Assembly: GCA_973895155.1 (NCBI GenBank)
Contig: OZ316895.1
Span: 15,754,816-15,818,815 of the forward strand
Reading direction: 5' to 3'
DNA from: Marsupella aquatica
Lineage: Eukaryota > Plantae > Marchantiophyta
DNA length: 64,000 nucleotides
In this document: piece by piece, positions 13,801-25,500 of the stretch
How positions within the stretch are numbered: the stretch's first letter is position 1
How the letters are laid out: every line of letters begins with the position of its first letter
Notes under the pieces: model-generated
What the model was told of the DNA's origin: nothing
The model's database searches: none
What the model saw: only the letters and a program-made list of their open reading frames with translations
Program-made: the position numbers and the translations under genes

Positions 13801-16800
13801 GAAAGCATATTTCTGCCACTTCAATTAGTACGTCTATTCCGATGTTGCAGCGTGCTGCTATTGGCTGAGCTCGATCAAACGTACCTGAACAGGCCTTAGA
13901 AAATATGAACAGCAGCTGCAAGAACCCTGTCCGTATCGTATCCGCACAAATGTCTGTACTTTCTGGGTAACCAGGGATTGGGAAAAAGAATCGACCTGTG
14001 AGATCTTAGTGCAATGATCAGATATATCTGCAGATGTTGAAATGTAGGGCTCAAGCTTTCTGTGAGCTGGAGATGCTGCAATGACAAATGAATCCATGGC
14101 AGTAGTATGGGAAAGCCATCGATGTCCACTAGAAGCTTTCTATAATTCACAGTTTCACGAAGAAACTTCATCCCATTATTATTTTAGTATTGCTAAACGT
14201 GAACTAGCTTGGGTTTTGTCATGCCTTGCGATAGCCGCAGCGACCAAAGCGGTTACATGTCCATGGAGAGACTGGCATCTGCTTGTGAAACGATAGATAT
14301 CCTCTACACTAACGCTGCTAACCTGGAGCACCATGAGTTCTAAAGCCATACTTGGGAATAGCAGCAGCGACCAAAGCTGACACGCACAGGGAGAGACTAA
14401 CATCTGCTTGTGAAACGATAGACATTTTCTCTGATGCGAATGTTTATTTCAGTCACAAGGTTGGCTTTTCGACCTGAATCATCAAAAAGCCAACCTGGAA
14501 AACCATCTCTCGGATTTTGAGATCGTGCAGTGGCTTCAAAACGCAAGTGATCGGTTCTCCGGTCGAAGTACGACATTTTTGGATAGGCTTGCTTGGGTCC
14601 CACGTCAGTTAAAGCATTCAGGTTGTAAATGAATACTTCGCGTTATGTAGGGAGATGGGGACCAGGATGCCAGACGACAGCCAAAAGAACGACATTGGAT
14701 GCAACTGCCCCTCTTGAACCTGTTGCTGGAAATCACCCCAGAGGATTGTTCGCATCGTTTCAATAGAGTGAAGGTGCCCATTCCTGCCCATTACGTTCTT
14801 GTCCATTCTGATCGATTATAATTCTTTGCATTTCACAGAACGCTATTAACTTGAGTTAACTGGCGATAACACTAGCTGAAATTTGTGTACAGCTTGGATC
14901 AGAAGGGTCATACATAGGATAAGCTGACAGTTTTTATTGTTTAAGTTGAGGAGCATTTTGGTGTTCTATGCAATCCTGGCCATAGCAGTCAAACCAATGG
15001 GGCAGTATTATACCCGTGGTCTGTTGAATTAATTTTGAGGTGATGATCTGCAGCTCTTGCTGGAGATGTCGGACTTCAAGGCTGCACTAGAAGACCTACA
15101 GGTGATCACTTTCTCCCTAAGAACTTCTCGTCAACTCCAACATCTTCGTCTGTCAAGTCCCAATTGTAAGAATCATATTTCTGTCATCCAATCTACAACT
15201 ACGTTTGAGATGTGGTCCGGTATAAACTTCGGTCCTCAAAGCTATTACTCACGCCTTATCATTGAAGCAGGCATTATTGCAGCTGATAGGCAACGGAAAT
15301 GCTCAAGATGGTCCCATTACAAGAGCTCTTCTGCAGCAGTACTTGCAAAACGCGCAAGAAAAGCGCAAACTGCATGCAGTAAGTCTTTGATCATGTGATT
15401 GGGGATGATGCCCTACTTAGTCTCGTTCGAGACAATAGAAGAACAGGTTGATGATTCTCGATTGCTCGTATGTCTGCCGCTACTCACTAAGATTATTACA
15501 ATGGAAAGCCTGTGGTCGCTATTTCAAGTTTGAGGTCCATTTAAGGGTCAATTGTTTAGAAATTGCTTCAAACTTAAGCTTGCGGTCACTTTCTCTTGAT
15601 GTCACAATCTTGATGGAGGCTTGGGTTGGGTGGGCAGGCGTGGTGCAGTGAGCGAAGGACGCCACGGCCTGGAGATGTACTTTATAGAGTTGGAAACATC
15701 GTGAGACATGTCCGATTCCAATATTCTGGAGTTATTTATGGATGGGACAGAGTGTTCTCTCTTGACGAGGAATGGATTACGGCCATGAGGGTTGTGCCTC
15801 ACACTCATATCTACCATTAATCGTTTCCAAGTCCTTCAAATATTCGTAGAAGTTCAAAGACTTTCGGCTAAAAACCCATCATTTGTGCTAAAGGGAAGAA
15901 CTGTCTCTTGGCCTCGAAAGGGATTGTTCTCCAAATTACTGCTGAGGGTCCTTTTGTACCTCAACGTTGAATTTGTATAACCCCATATTGTCTTCGCAGA
16001 TAGATCAGCTGCAGTATGGTCGGAGCCAGCCTTTCTACCATGTTCTTGTGGACCAGAACTTTGGGAATCAGAACTTTCGGAATACCTCCATGTATGGTAC
16101 GTTGGCCCCACATAATTTTGCTGTTGCAGAGATTTCATCATACTATTCCTTGACATTGATTGGTTTCGATTATGTCTAGATACCGTAGGTCCCTCCTCCC
16201 CACCCCCCTCCCCCTGCCCCCCTGGTCCCCCCTCATCATTGAGACTTGGAATGAAATTCAACAGCGTAAGTTGTCTTCTTGCAGTCGCTCAAGAGAACAT
16301 CGTATTGGCCCCTGATGCTCGAAGTATATTGCACAGGGACCTCGGTATGCATTTTCTGGGGTTTAGGTATGTTTCCATAGACTCCCCGCCTCTTCTAATG
16401 TTGATGGCCGTCTTATATGTGCAAATATATATATGATATATATATGTCATATTCTGTCTTGATGTAATTATTTTTCCTTGCTCATATTTCTGTTTTCGTC
16501 TATCTAAAAGCTATCGGAGACACCTTCGGGCGGTCACATATTACACATTTCAGACATGCCATTATACGCAATACTGAATAACCTCTCCGGGTGAACAGGA
16601 ATGGAAGGTACATCCTGAACGACTATTTAAGTTATGTATATCCAGAAGATCTTCTCGACGAAGAAAGTGAGCTGCAGTTGCCAGTTAAAGTTGATGATAT
16701 AGACGGACAAGGGACTAATGTGGTGAACATTCTAGGGGCGGTTCCAATTGGTACACCATCCTCCACAACACCTAGCTCAGTTGAGAGCCTTCCTGATACT

Positions 16801-16860
16801 CTGCGTAGTCTGCCTCTGGAAACGGATGAAGGCAATTCTAATTCAAGGCCCTCTAAGTAA
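10861..16860 (+). CDS. F-box + SirB1/transglutaminase-like (Transglut_core2) + TPR-like + YccV/HspQ-like protein (FBXO21-like), ~16 exons
   Basis: Spliced by hand. F-box: MAANRAAFVQFPEEILTK (10861-10914) | VFSLLNMEDLLQATAVCKVWQQVASSEALW (11360-11653). SirB1-like: LARGALIISKLRYQDLD, NVEDYYNPSNLYLNDVLDSRKGVEISLAIIHSAIGRR...PMRF...FVDVFNSGRLL. TPR-like: LLLEITPED...AALEDLQ. YccV-like: YRVGNIVRHVRFQYSGVIYGWD...QPFYHVLVD...YVAQENI...YPED. A GT-AG path exists throughout, but acceptors near 12424 and 13.9 kb are ambiguous. Confidence 0.88.
14238..14425 (+). repeat. Diverged ~125-bp-period direct duplication in an intron of the F-box gene
   Basis: cagcgaccaaagc...ggagagact..catctgcttgtgaaacgataga occurs twice (~14238-14297 and ~14364-14422). 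Confidence 0.8.
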
Positions 16861-16970
16861 TGTAGTCTCTTTTTCTCTCATAAGCTTTCTCTGCTCCAAT
16901 CTAAACGTCGTATTAGGTGCAGTGAGGATTTTGAAATCGGGTATTTGTCCGATGACCTCCAGGGAGCAAC

Positions 16971-17090
16971 CTCTGATAGTCTGATGTGACAATCCATCAA
17001 GTTTCTCCTGTTAGTGTTCGGTCACACGTTCTCTGATAGTCTGATGTGACAATCCATCAAGTTTCTCCTGTTAGTGTTCGGTCACACGTT
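16971..17090 (+). repeat. Perfect 60-bp tandem duplication downstream of the F-box stop codon
   Basis: ctctgatagtctgatgtgacaatccatcaagtttctcctgttagtgttcggtcacacgtt occurs twice with no mismatch. Confidence 0.97.
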
Positions 17091-18519
17091 TTATGTGGAT
17101 GGAACGGAGCAGCCAAACTAGCAATCTTTTGGGATGTACTCGTAAAGTACTGTCCCATATGGCTAACGCGTTTCACAGACAGGATTGTTCGTTAGTCCTA
17201 GCCTGAGTTATTGCCCAGATATGTAACGATCAGATAGCGTAATTTTTGCCCGGAGCAACAGAGATGTACATTACGGTATCTTTGCAGGACGGTGAATCCG
17301 GCAGGGACATGTAGACGAAAATCAAAAGATTGTTTTCGTCTGAAATTCATTGAGCAATCCGTTCAAACCATCCCATGACTGTCTTTTCTCTTGGGATCTG
17401 TAACCAACTGGACCAGTAAGGCTGGAGGGTGGCCGAACCTCTCGCACATTTTTCAAGCGTTGATGTGCGAGACCATCGTACTCTTGGAGACGCAGATTCA
17501 AGAACTGCCACTATTTGGTAAGCTAACATAGTCATGGTTATTCTTGATGGGATGGATATTGTTTATAACAAATAATTTCTAAGACGTACTTGATGTATTG
17601 CAGTAGCGGTCAATGAGGTTTATTTGTTAACCCATGAGGCTACCGTCCACAATCTTGAAAATGTTGTAGTCTGACAGTTAAGACTAAGGCCTTCAATTGA
17701 GTTCCATATCGAAGGATCAGGTGAACTCACGTGAGATTGTCTATCATTGAGTTGATGTACTAAATGGTTGGCAAACCTTAGTTCAAAGGGATTAAAATTC
17801 CTTTGTATTCCAGACTGCTGGCATTGTGAAAGGAGGGGTAAATCTCTTGAGTATTCTTCTAGCTCTAGAACGAGACGATGAGAACAGCAGTCAGTACCGA
17901 CCTCGCCCCAGTTGTGCGTCTGATTTCAAGCTTCCACCAGAGAATAGAGGGCCATGTTTAATGCATCTTGAAGTTTTGACTAGCTTTGCAATATTCTTGA
18001 AGAAATGGACATTTTTGTCTATTGTTGTACAGATTATCTGGAGGTGTTTATAACCAGCCTTTGGACAGTACGTGTATGAAACTTGCATCTCTAGCTCGAA
18101 GGTCGGAAAATCTGTTTATTTTATAGTTCAAACACCTTTTAAGATTTCCATCCTGGCTTTGCAACCCGGATCACTCTACGTAGCAGCTGCTAACGTACCA
18201 ATTGTACAGTGGAGTGCCAATGTGAGCTACGTGTGTTATTACTTGAAAAGCTAATACAAGATGGAAAATATCTCACGCAACCAATTCTCAGTGGGCCTGA
18301 AGAGAAGTCTAATATTTTGGAGAAATCCTTACGGACACACTTTAATGACTGTCATTTACCCTATATCGTGTGCATTTTCTCATAGTCAAGCGGGAAATCA
18401 AAAGCTCTACTGTAGAAGTCAACTAAAAGTGAAATATCTACCGGCACTGAAGGGCCATCACGTTTGACAAGATGCTCAGATGGACCACTTTGAAATAGTA
18501 TAATCTACTCAAGATTACA

Positions 18520-19200
18520 AATTTTTGTTATACATATTTTTAGTAACATGTTCCCCAAAGTGTTACTATCACCCTATCCTCAAACCTATTTTAATTACTA
18601 GATTGACCTCTATTTAGTTATTCTCACTCCTTGACTCAATTCTCATTGATTGTCTGCCATGTGGCAAGGTGCTATTAGACCCACCAACCCCCATCCAGTA
18701 AATGACCTAACCCAGGTTGTCTCATTCTGATTATGAAAAATGTGGGAATAGGTCAACTTCACAAAGCCAGGCCCTACCCTGCCCTCCTGTTTTGGAAAAT
18801 GCAGGGCTGCCCCCTCCTTTTTCATGCCCAGCTCCTTCCTTCCATCCTTTCTAAAAGAACAAACCCGGGTCGGCTTGATTTCTCATATTGTGATTTCTCA
18901 TATAGTGTGGCCGATACTTGACAACCAGTGTGGAATGACCTTGGGTTAAGTAGAAAAGAAAGAGTGACCAGTAAACAAAATGGGGGCTGATAGCACTTGA
19001 CAACCAGTGTGGAATGACCTGGTTACGTACGAGAGAAAGAGTGAGCAATAAACAAAATGGGGTCCACATAGTAATTTAAGTAGTTTGGGGGATAAATGGG
19101 GGTCCACATAGTAATTAAAATAGTTTGGGGGATAAAATTGAGAATAATGGTCAGTTTGGGGGACAGGGTAATAAGAAAAGGTTTTGTTATATAAATTCTC
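18520..19200. mobile_element. Non-autonomous long-TIR (Mutator-like/foldback) element, copy B; ends approximate
   Basis: Right end gtttgggggacagggtaataagaaaagg...aaattctc is inverted to the left end of copy A. It has internal tandem duplications (cttgacaaccagtgtggaatgacct x2; aaatgggggtccacatagtaatt x2). Confidence 0.6.
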
Positions 19201-20427
19201 TCTGTTTTGGGTGACAAATGGTCCTTGGACCATCAGAGTCTTGAGGCCAAAACATTATGCTCTATCCAAGTATCAACTTGAAAGTAGTAAGAAGTTAAAT
19301 ATGCCTTGTAACCCTTGTCATGTAATTATGTCACAATTCTGTAGACATCAAACCTTTAAAGTCGCTCAAATGGTAGACTTGAAATTGTCCCAGATAGTCT
19401 TTTGGCTTGCCCTCAGAAATGTTTTTAACTGTCAGTGGGAAAAGTATGATTTTAACCTACATCCACAAAATAAGAAGAGTTGCAAGAAGTGACTGGCTTT
19501 TCCCATTTTATCATCTGCTTCTAGGTCGGTAGGTCTATGCTCAGTTGTCCATCAGTACTGTCTTGTAAAGCCACCCTCGTATGAGTGGTAACATAAAATA
19601 CTATAAAGTACTCCAATATGAAAGCAACACAACATGGGGTTTTTGCCTGTCAAAGCAAAGAATGATCTGAACGTAGTTGGGGAACATTCACAAAAAAATA
19701 GCTCTTGGTGCATTTCAGCCTCTGCCTGCTCAATCTTTATAGACTTTCCATCAGACCAGGGAAAATAGTTCAGATGACCTGAAGCCTTTACCCTTTGATG
19801 AGGTCATCTCAACTAAACCCTTTGATGAGGTTGGGCTTGCATCACGATCTCAAATTTAGCAAAGAACTTATTTTGTCTCATTAGAGTAAGATATGGTATG
19901 CGTAGGACCTCTTGCATCTCACACCACACAAAGTAGACCTTGTGTGCTAGCGACGCCCCAGCTTGTCTAATACACTCTTTGTTTTTGGCCCAAGCCTTGA
20001 TCTCATCGATTTGCATTTGAATTGTTCAACAGAGGAAGACTTAACATGCCAAAGTTGACTTTAGAGGGCCCTTGAATTTTAAAAAGACTTGAGCAGACCT
20101 GCTCTTGTGGTTGTTGCTGTATGGCAAGACAACTTCCAAGCCAGGACTTAGGGCTGTCTTGCATGTCCACAGCCCTTTCTTTTGTGACCCTTGACTGAAC
20201 TCCTGGCATCACCTTACAATGAAAATTTCATGCCTGAACCTGGCTCACACTCTGTTGGTTGTGCTGTGTTCAGTGGACTGGGCTGGTTTTCCTCTTGTAC
20301 CTCCATCTGTGTTCACCACAAGGGATCCTAATAAACCTGGTGCACTATCACCTTTAGTAAGACAAGTTCTTGAGTCAGACGTTTTCAGCCTGCACTTGAT
20401 TGGTTTGAAGTTGAATACCCAACTGCA

Positions 20428-20513
20428 TGTAGGGGTTAACTCAGTCTTGGGTTGAACTATGGTTAGTATGTTAACTAGGGTTAGAGTAAACCCTAGTTGA
20501 AGAGATTGGTCCT
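20428..20513 (+). repeat. Truncated outer 5' LTR (first 86 bp)
   Basis: Matches the start of both full LTRs with 2 substitutions (tgtagGggttaactcaGt vs tgtagAggttaactcaAt). Directly follows the TSD. Confidence 0.95.
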
Positions 20514-20517
20514 GGCG

Positions 20518-21074
20518 TGGAAGTCTACTCTCCAAAAGTGTGTTGCAAAGTCTACTATGGATGCCGAGTATGGAGCGGCAGCGGAAGCAGCATCAGAGAC
20601 CATTTGGTTGAAAAAGCTTGTCACGGAGATGGGTTTATCACAAGAATGTGTATATCTTCATTGTGACAGTCAAAGTGCAATTTACACTGCCAAGAATCAG
20701 GTGATGGATGGCAGGGTAAAGCACATTGATGTCCGCTATCATTTCATCCAATAGGCATTATCGGATGATGAATTTGAGTTTGTCAAGATTGATGGAAAGC
20801 TTAATCCAGCGGATGCTTTTACCAAAGTATTAGACTCCAATAGTTTTTCAAGGCATTGTAATTATTTACAAATATTGTAAATATAGAGTTAACCAAGAAA
20901 ATGTCTCTATATGAGTACTCCATCCGATGGCTTATCGGCTACGGCTTAGTTCTAGTTAACCCTTGCATTAGGGGGAGGGTCTTTTGGCCCTACTGTCTTG
21001 AACTTCCCGCGGAGGAACTTGTAAGGAAAAGACAATGTTATGAACCCTCCCAAGACATGAGTCAAGGGGGAGTT
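20518..21074 (+). repeat. Duplicate of the element's RNase H C-terminus, 3' UTR and PPT (copy of 26538-27094)
   Basis: Offset is exactly 6020 bp and I count 4 substitutions. One is CAG>TAG, which ends ORF 20497-20754. Confidence 0.96.
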
Positions 21075-21398
21075 TGTAGAGGTTAACTCAATCTTGGGTT
21101 GAACTATGGTTAGTATGTTAACTAGGGTTAGAGTAAACCCTAGTTGAAGAGATTGGTCCTTATCTCTTCAACTTCTATGTGGAGTGAGAACACACAAGAG
21201 AGTTCTCAAGAGAGAACACAGTGATATAGCAAGAGATGAGAGCTTGAAGAGATGAGAGCTATGGTGATGCTTGAGTAGATACATAACCATTAATAAAGCT
21301 TGGTCTTCCCGTGGACGTAGCCAACCTTGAGGCGAATCACGTAACTATTGAGCACGTGTATGTTTGGAGTGTTTTTCCTGATCTGATTTCTCCCCACA
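21075..21398 (+). repeat. Middle full-length LTR (324 bp)
   Basis: Preceded by a PPT and followed by the PBS. Two substitutions versus the 3' LTR, both in its distal part. Confidence 0.96.
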
Positions 21399-22562
21399 AT
21401 TGGTATCAGAGCTCAGATTTTTTCAATCGATTAGGACTCCATAGAACTTGCTTCAAGCAAAGTGAACAGCGGATGATTTCCTCTACGAAGCGAAGCTATT
21501 GGAAGAAGATCAGACTCAATCTTCTCACAAGTGTGGAGCACATAACCAGGGGCTCATTTCAGTGAAGCAATGAAGGCCTGAGGTCAGAAACGGAAACAAT
21601 TGTAAGTGACGGTTTTCAATTTACGTTATCGGGCAAGAGATAAGGTCAATTTCTCAGATCAGTCTTTTTGATTGTTCTATCGGGACTTGAAACTGAGATA
21701 CGCTTGAGCGCCTTGTCATTCTAGACGTTTCGATATCAACATCGTTGAATTCCATCAAACGGTTGAGAAACAATTTTAATTTCAATTCTCGTTTTTTGAG
21801 CTCAAAATTTTGGCTATGGCGGATAACTTAATATCAGTCACTTTCACCAAATTGTTTCTCCCTCATAACTCCACCGTTTTGCAAGTTCTTTATATCGATC
21901 TTAATGCCCTCGAAGTCTAGTTTCTGAATCTGAAATCAAAATTGGATTTCATCAAAAACTGAGACGGGAATTTGAGTGAATCCTCCGAGGGGTACATTCT
22001 GCCGCGAGTAGTCGCGACTTGCGCGGGCGTGCGAGGAGGTCGAAAAGTTCGAGGAAGGCCTTTTAGGGCTCGACAGGGTTCGGGCAGGGGGAAGTGACCC
22101 CTGTGAAGTCCCACACAGGGGCTGTACAAGGGCGGACGGAATTTCTCAAAAAGATTCTTTTCCAGAGGCTTAAATTTTTACCGAAGGTCAAAGATTCCGA
22201 GCGGCAAACAAAATCGGATCAACTTCACCTTTTGGAGATGCGTACTTGGGGAAGCTAGGCAAGTATTGGTACGTTCGATTTTGAAAAAGTATACTAGTGC
22301 GAGGCATAATAGATTCCCTCGAGGGGTAATTATTTCATCTTTTACCCCCCTCCGGTCGGAGTAAAAATTCTCGGCACTCGAGAGTCCATTTGACAAATCA
22401 TTTTCAGAATTTGGAGCGTTACCTTGTGGGCTACACACAAGAGTGATTAGTTTCAAAATTCACCAACTTTCATTTTTGGCCTTATTTTCACACCCCACAT
22501 GTGAGTATTCGACGTTTAATTCTTGTGGAAGGCAACTCAACACAACATTTGGCATTCCAGCC

Positions 22563-25500
22563 ATGGCGACTACTAGGATTGGAGGTCAAAGGTTTGAGGT
22601 GGAAAAATTTGATGGTCAAATGGACTATACAATGTGGGAACGTAACGTGAGGGATGCACTTAGGGCGATGGGCCTAGGCAAGGTACTAAGATCTCAACCC
22701 AAGGAGATGGAAGATGATGATTGGCATGATCTTCAGGATCAAGCGGTAAGCATTGATGGCATGTACCTGAAAAAAAATGTGAAGAAGCAGTTCGAGGAAA
22801 AATCAACACAAACGGTGACGGACTTGTTTCAAGCATTATGCAATAAGTACTACAAGAAGGAGATGTCAAACCGAATGTATGCAAGCCTGAAGCTCATGCA
22901 ATTCAAAATGGCTGATAGAGTCAAGATTCAAGATCATATTGATCAGTTCAATGATCTTGTGGTTGACCTAGAGAATTTGGGGGAGCATTTGAGCAAAGAA
23001 AAGAAAGCCTTACAACTCTTGAGCTCACTACCACCTTCGTACCAATCTTTGTCTTGAGTTTTTCTATTCCGTGATAAGACCACTATATCCTACAATGATG
23101 TGGTGAGTGCCCTGTTGATCGATGATATGCAGTCTAAGCTGGTTTCTTCAGCTCATCCTACCTCAACGTCATCATCAACAGCACTGTTGATAGAAAGAGG
23201 CAAGAGAAGGAGCCATTTCATGAAAATAAAAGGTTTAATCCTCTACCCATGGAGCGAGGAAGGTTCCAGGAGCGATCATTTGGTAGGAGCAGGTTTAGAT
23301 CTAGATCTAGATCTCGGTCCAAATCACTATCCAAGTCTACTCGTGAGATAAAGTGTTGGAAGTGTGACAAAGTGGGCCACATGAAGAAGGATTGTCACGT
23401 CAAAGACACATTCAAGGAAGTTGTCGGTTCTTCATCCCAAGTAGTTGTTCGAGAAGAGGATAGTGAAGGATTTGCATTGTGTACCACTTCCCAAGTTGAG
23501 GATTGTCAATGGATCTTGGATTCCGCTTGCTCGTATCACATGTGTTATATGCGTGAATTTTTCTCATCCTACACTCCTATCAACGGATCTGTTTTGATGG
23601 GAAATAATCATTCTTACAAAGTTTTAGGGATTGGATCCGTAAAGATTCAACTACCTGGTGGCAAGTATTGTACTCTATCAAATGTCAGACACATTCCAGA
23701 AATGTGTGAGAATTTGATTTCTCTTGGCTACTTGGATGCTAAGGGTTATCAATGGAGTGCAACTGATGGGGTGTTAACAGTCACGCACGGATCAAATGAA
23801 GTTCTTATTGGCAAGAGGAAAAGAAACATTTATGTCTTGGAAGGCACCACCCTTCTTGCCGAAGTCAATTTGGTCACATCTCAGGAGGAGAAAATCAATT
23901 TATGGCATGCTCGGCTTGGTCACATGAGTGAAAAAAGTTTGGAAATCCTACACAAGCGACATCTCCTACCAGGATTGCAAGCATGCAAGTTGAGTTTTTG
24001 TGATCATTGCATTGTCGGCAAGAAACAAGAACTCCATTTCCGACTGCCATTCATCATTCTAAAGTTGTACTTGAGTATATTCATTCCAATGTGTGGGGTC
24101 CTGCTCCGGTTTCCTCACATTCAGGCAAACAATACTATGTATCGTTTATCAATGATTACTCAAGGTTTGTTTGTCCGATTTATTTCATTGCCCATAAGTT
24201 TGAAGTGCTTTCCATCTTCAAACAATGGGTAGCTCAAGTTCAAACACAGACTACAAAGAATATGAGATATCTACGATCAAATAATGATGGTGAATACACC
24301 TCTGGCGAGTTCAACACGTATTGTGCAAATAAGGGAATTACTCACCATCTCACAACTGTGTACACTCCTGAGCAAAATGGTGTTGTTGAGCAACTCAACC
24401 GCATATTGTTGGAGCGAGCAAGGAGAATGTTGAGCCACTCTAAATTGCCATAAATCTTTTGGACGGAAGCTGTCAACATAGCTGCTTATCTAGTAAATCT
24501 CTCTCCTAGTCGGGAAATTACTTACAAAACCCCCTTTGAGCTATGGCACAATCGACCTGCTGATTATTCAAAGCTTAGGGTTTTTGGTTGTGAAACATAT
24601 GCACATGTTCCTAGCAACAATAGGACTAAGCTAGATCCTAGAGCCCATAAATGCATTTTTCTTGGTTATCAGCGTGAAGTTAAAGGTTATCGGTTGTGGG
24701 ATCCAGTTGATTGCAAGTTACTTGTTAGTCGGGATGTATCCTTCAATGAAGAAAAATCATTGAAGGAGGGGGAGATAGATCAATTCCCTACTACTAACAA
24801 AGAGCAATCTCCTCCTCTAGAGGATTTAAGGGGAAAGGATGTGTCAGATGAAGAATATGATGACACCACTATAAGGCAAAGCACACTACAATCAGATCAG
24901 CCAGAGTCTTCAGTGCAAAGAGGAACTCGCAAACGTCAAGCCCGGGAAAGGTATGGAACTTGGCTTCCTTCTGATCAAGTGGATTTGGATGAAAAATCTA
25001 TTGATGCATTGGTGACAGAAGATGGAGATCCATCCTCATTTCGAGAGGTCCTAGCTTCTATGGAGAAGCAACAGTGGCAGGTGGCGATGCGCATGGAAAT
25101 GAAATCACTTCATGATAACAAGATTTGGGAACTCACAAGTCTACCTAGTGACAAGCACGTTGTTGACAGCAAGTGGGTGTACAGGAAGAAAGATGGACCC
25201 ACGGAGGATGCTGAGCTCAGGGGTCTCACTATATGGATGTCTCCCCATCCCTTGCGACGTTTTTAGGCCTCAGACCCCCTAAAATGTGAGAAAAAAAAAT
25301 ATTTTTCAACCCCTATAAAGTTGGAATATTCTTGGAATATTCCAAAATTTTGGTTAAAAAGACCCTAATGTTCTTATAAGTCTCAAAATTGAATTTAAAG
25401 GACCCTATTGTTCTTCTACAAAAATTCTTAAGTCTTCCCTTCAAACCAATCAATCGACCCTATACTTCGTCGCACGTGATGTGCCATTTTTGTGGAAGTG

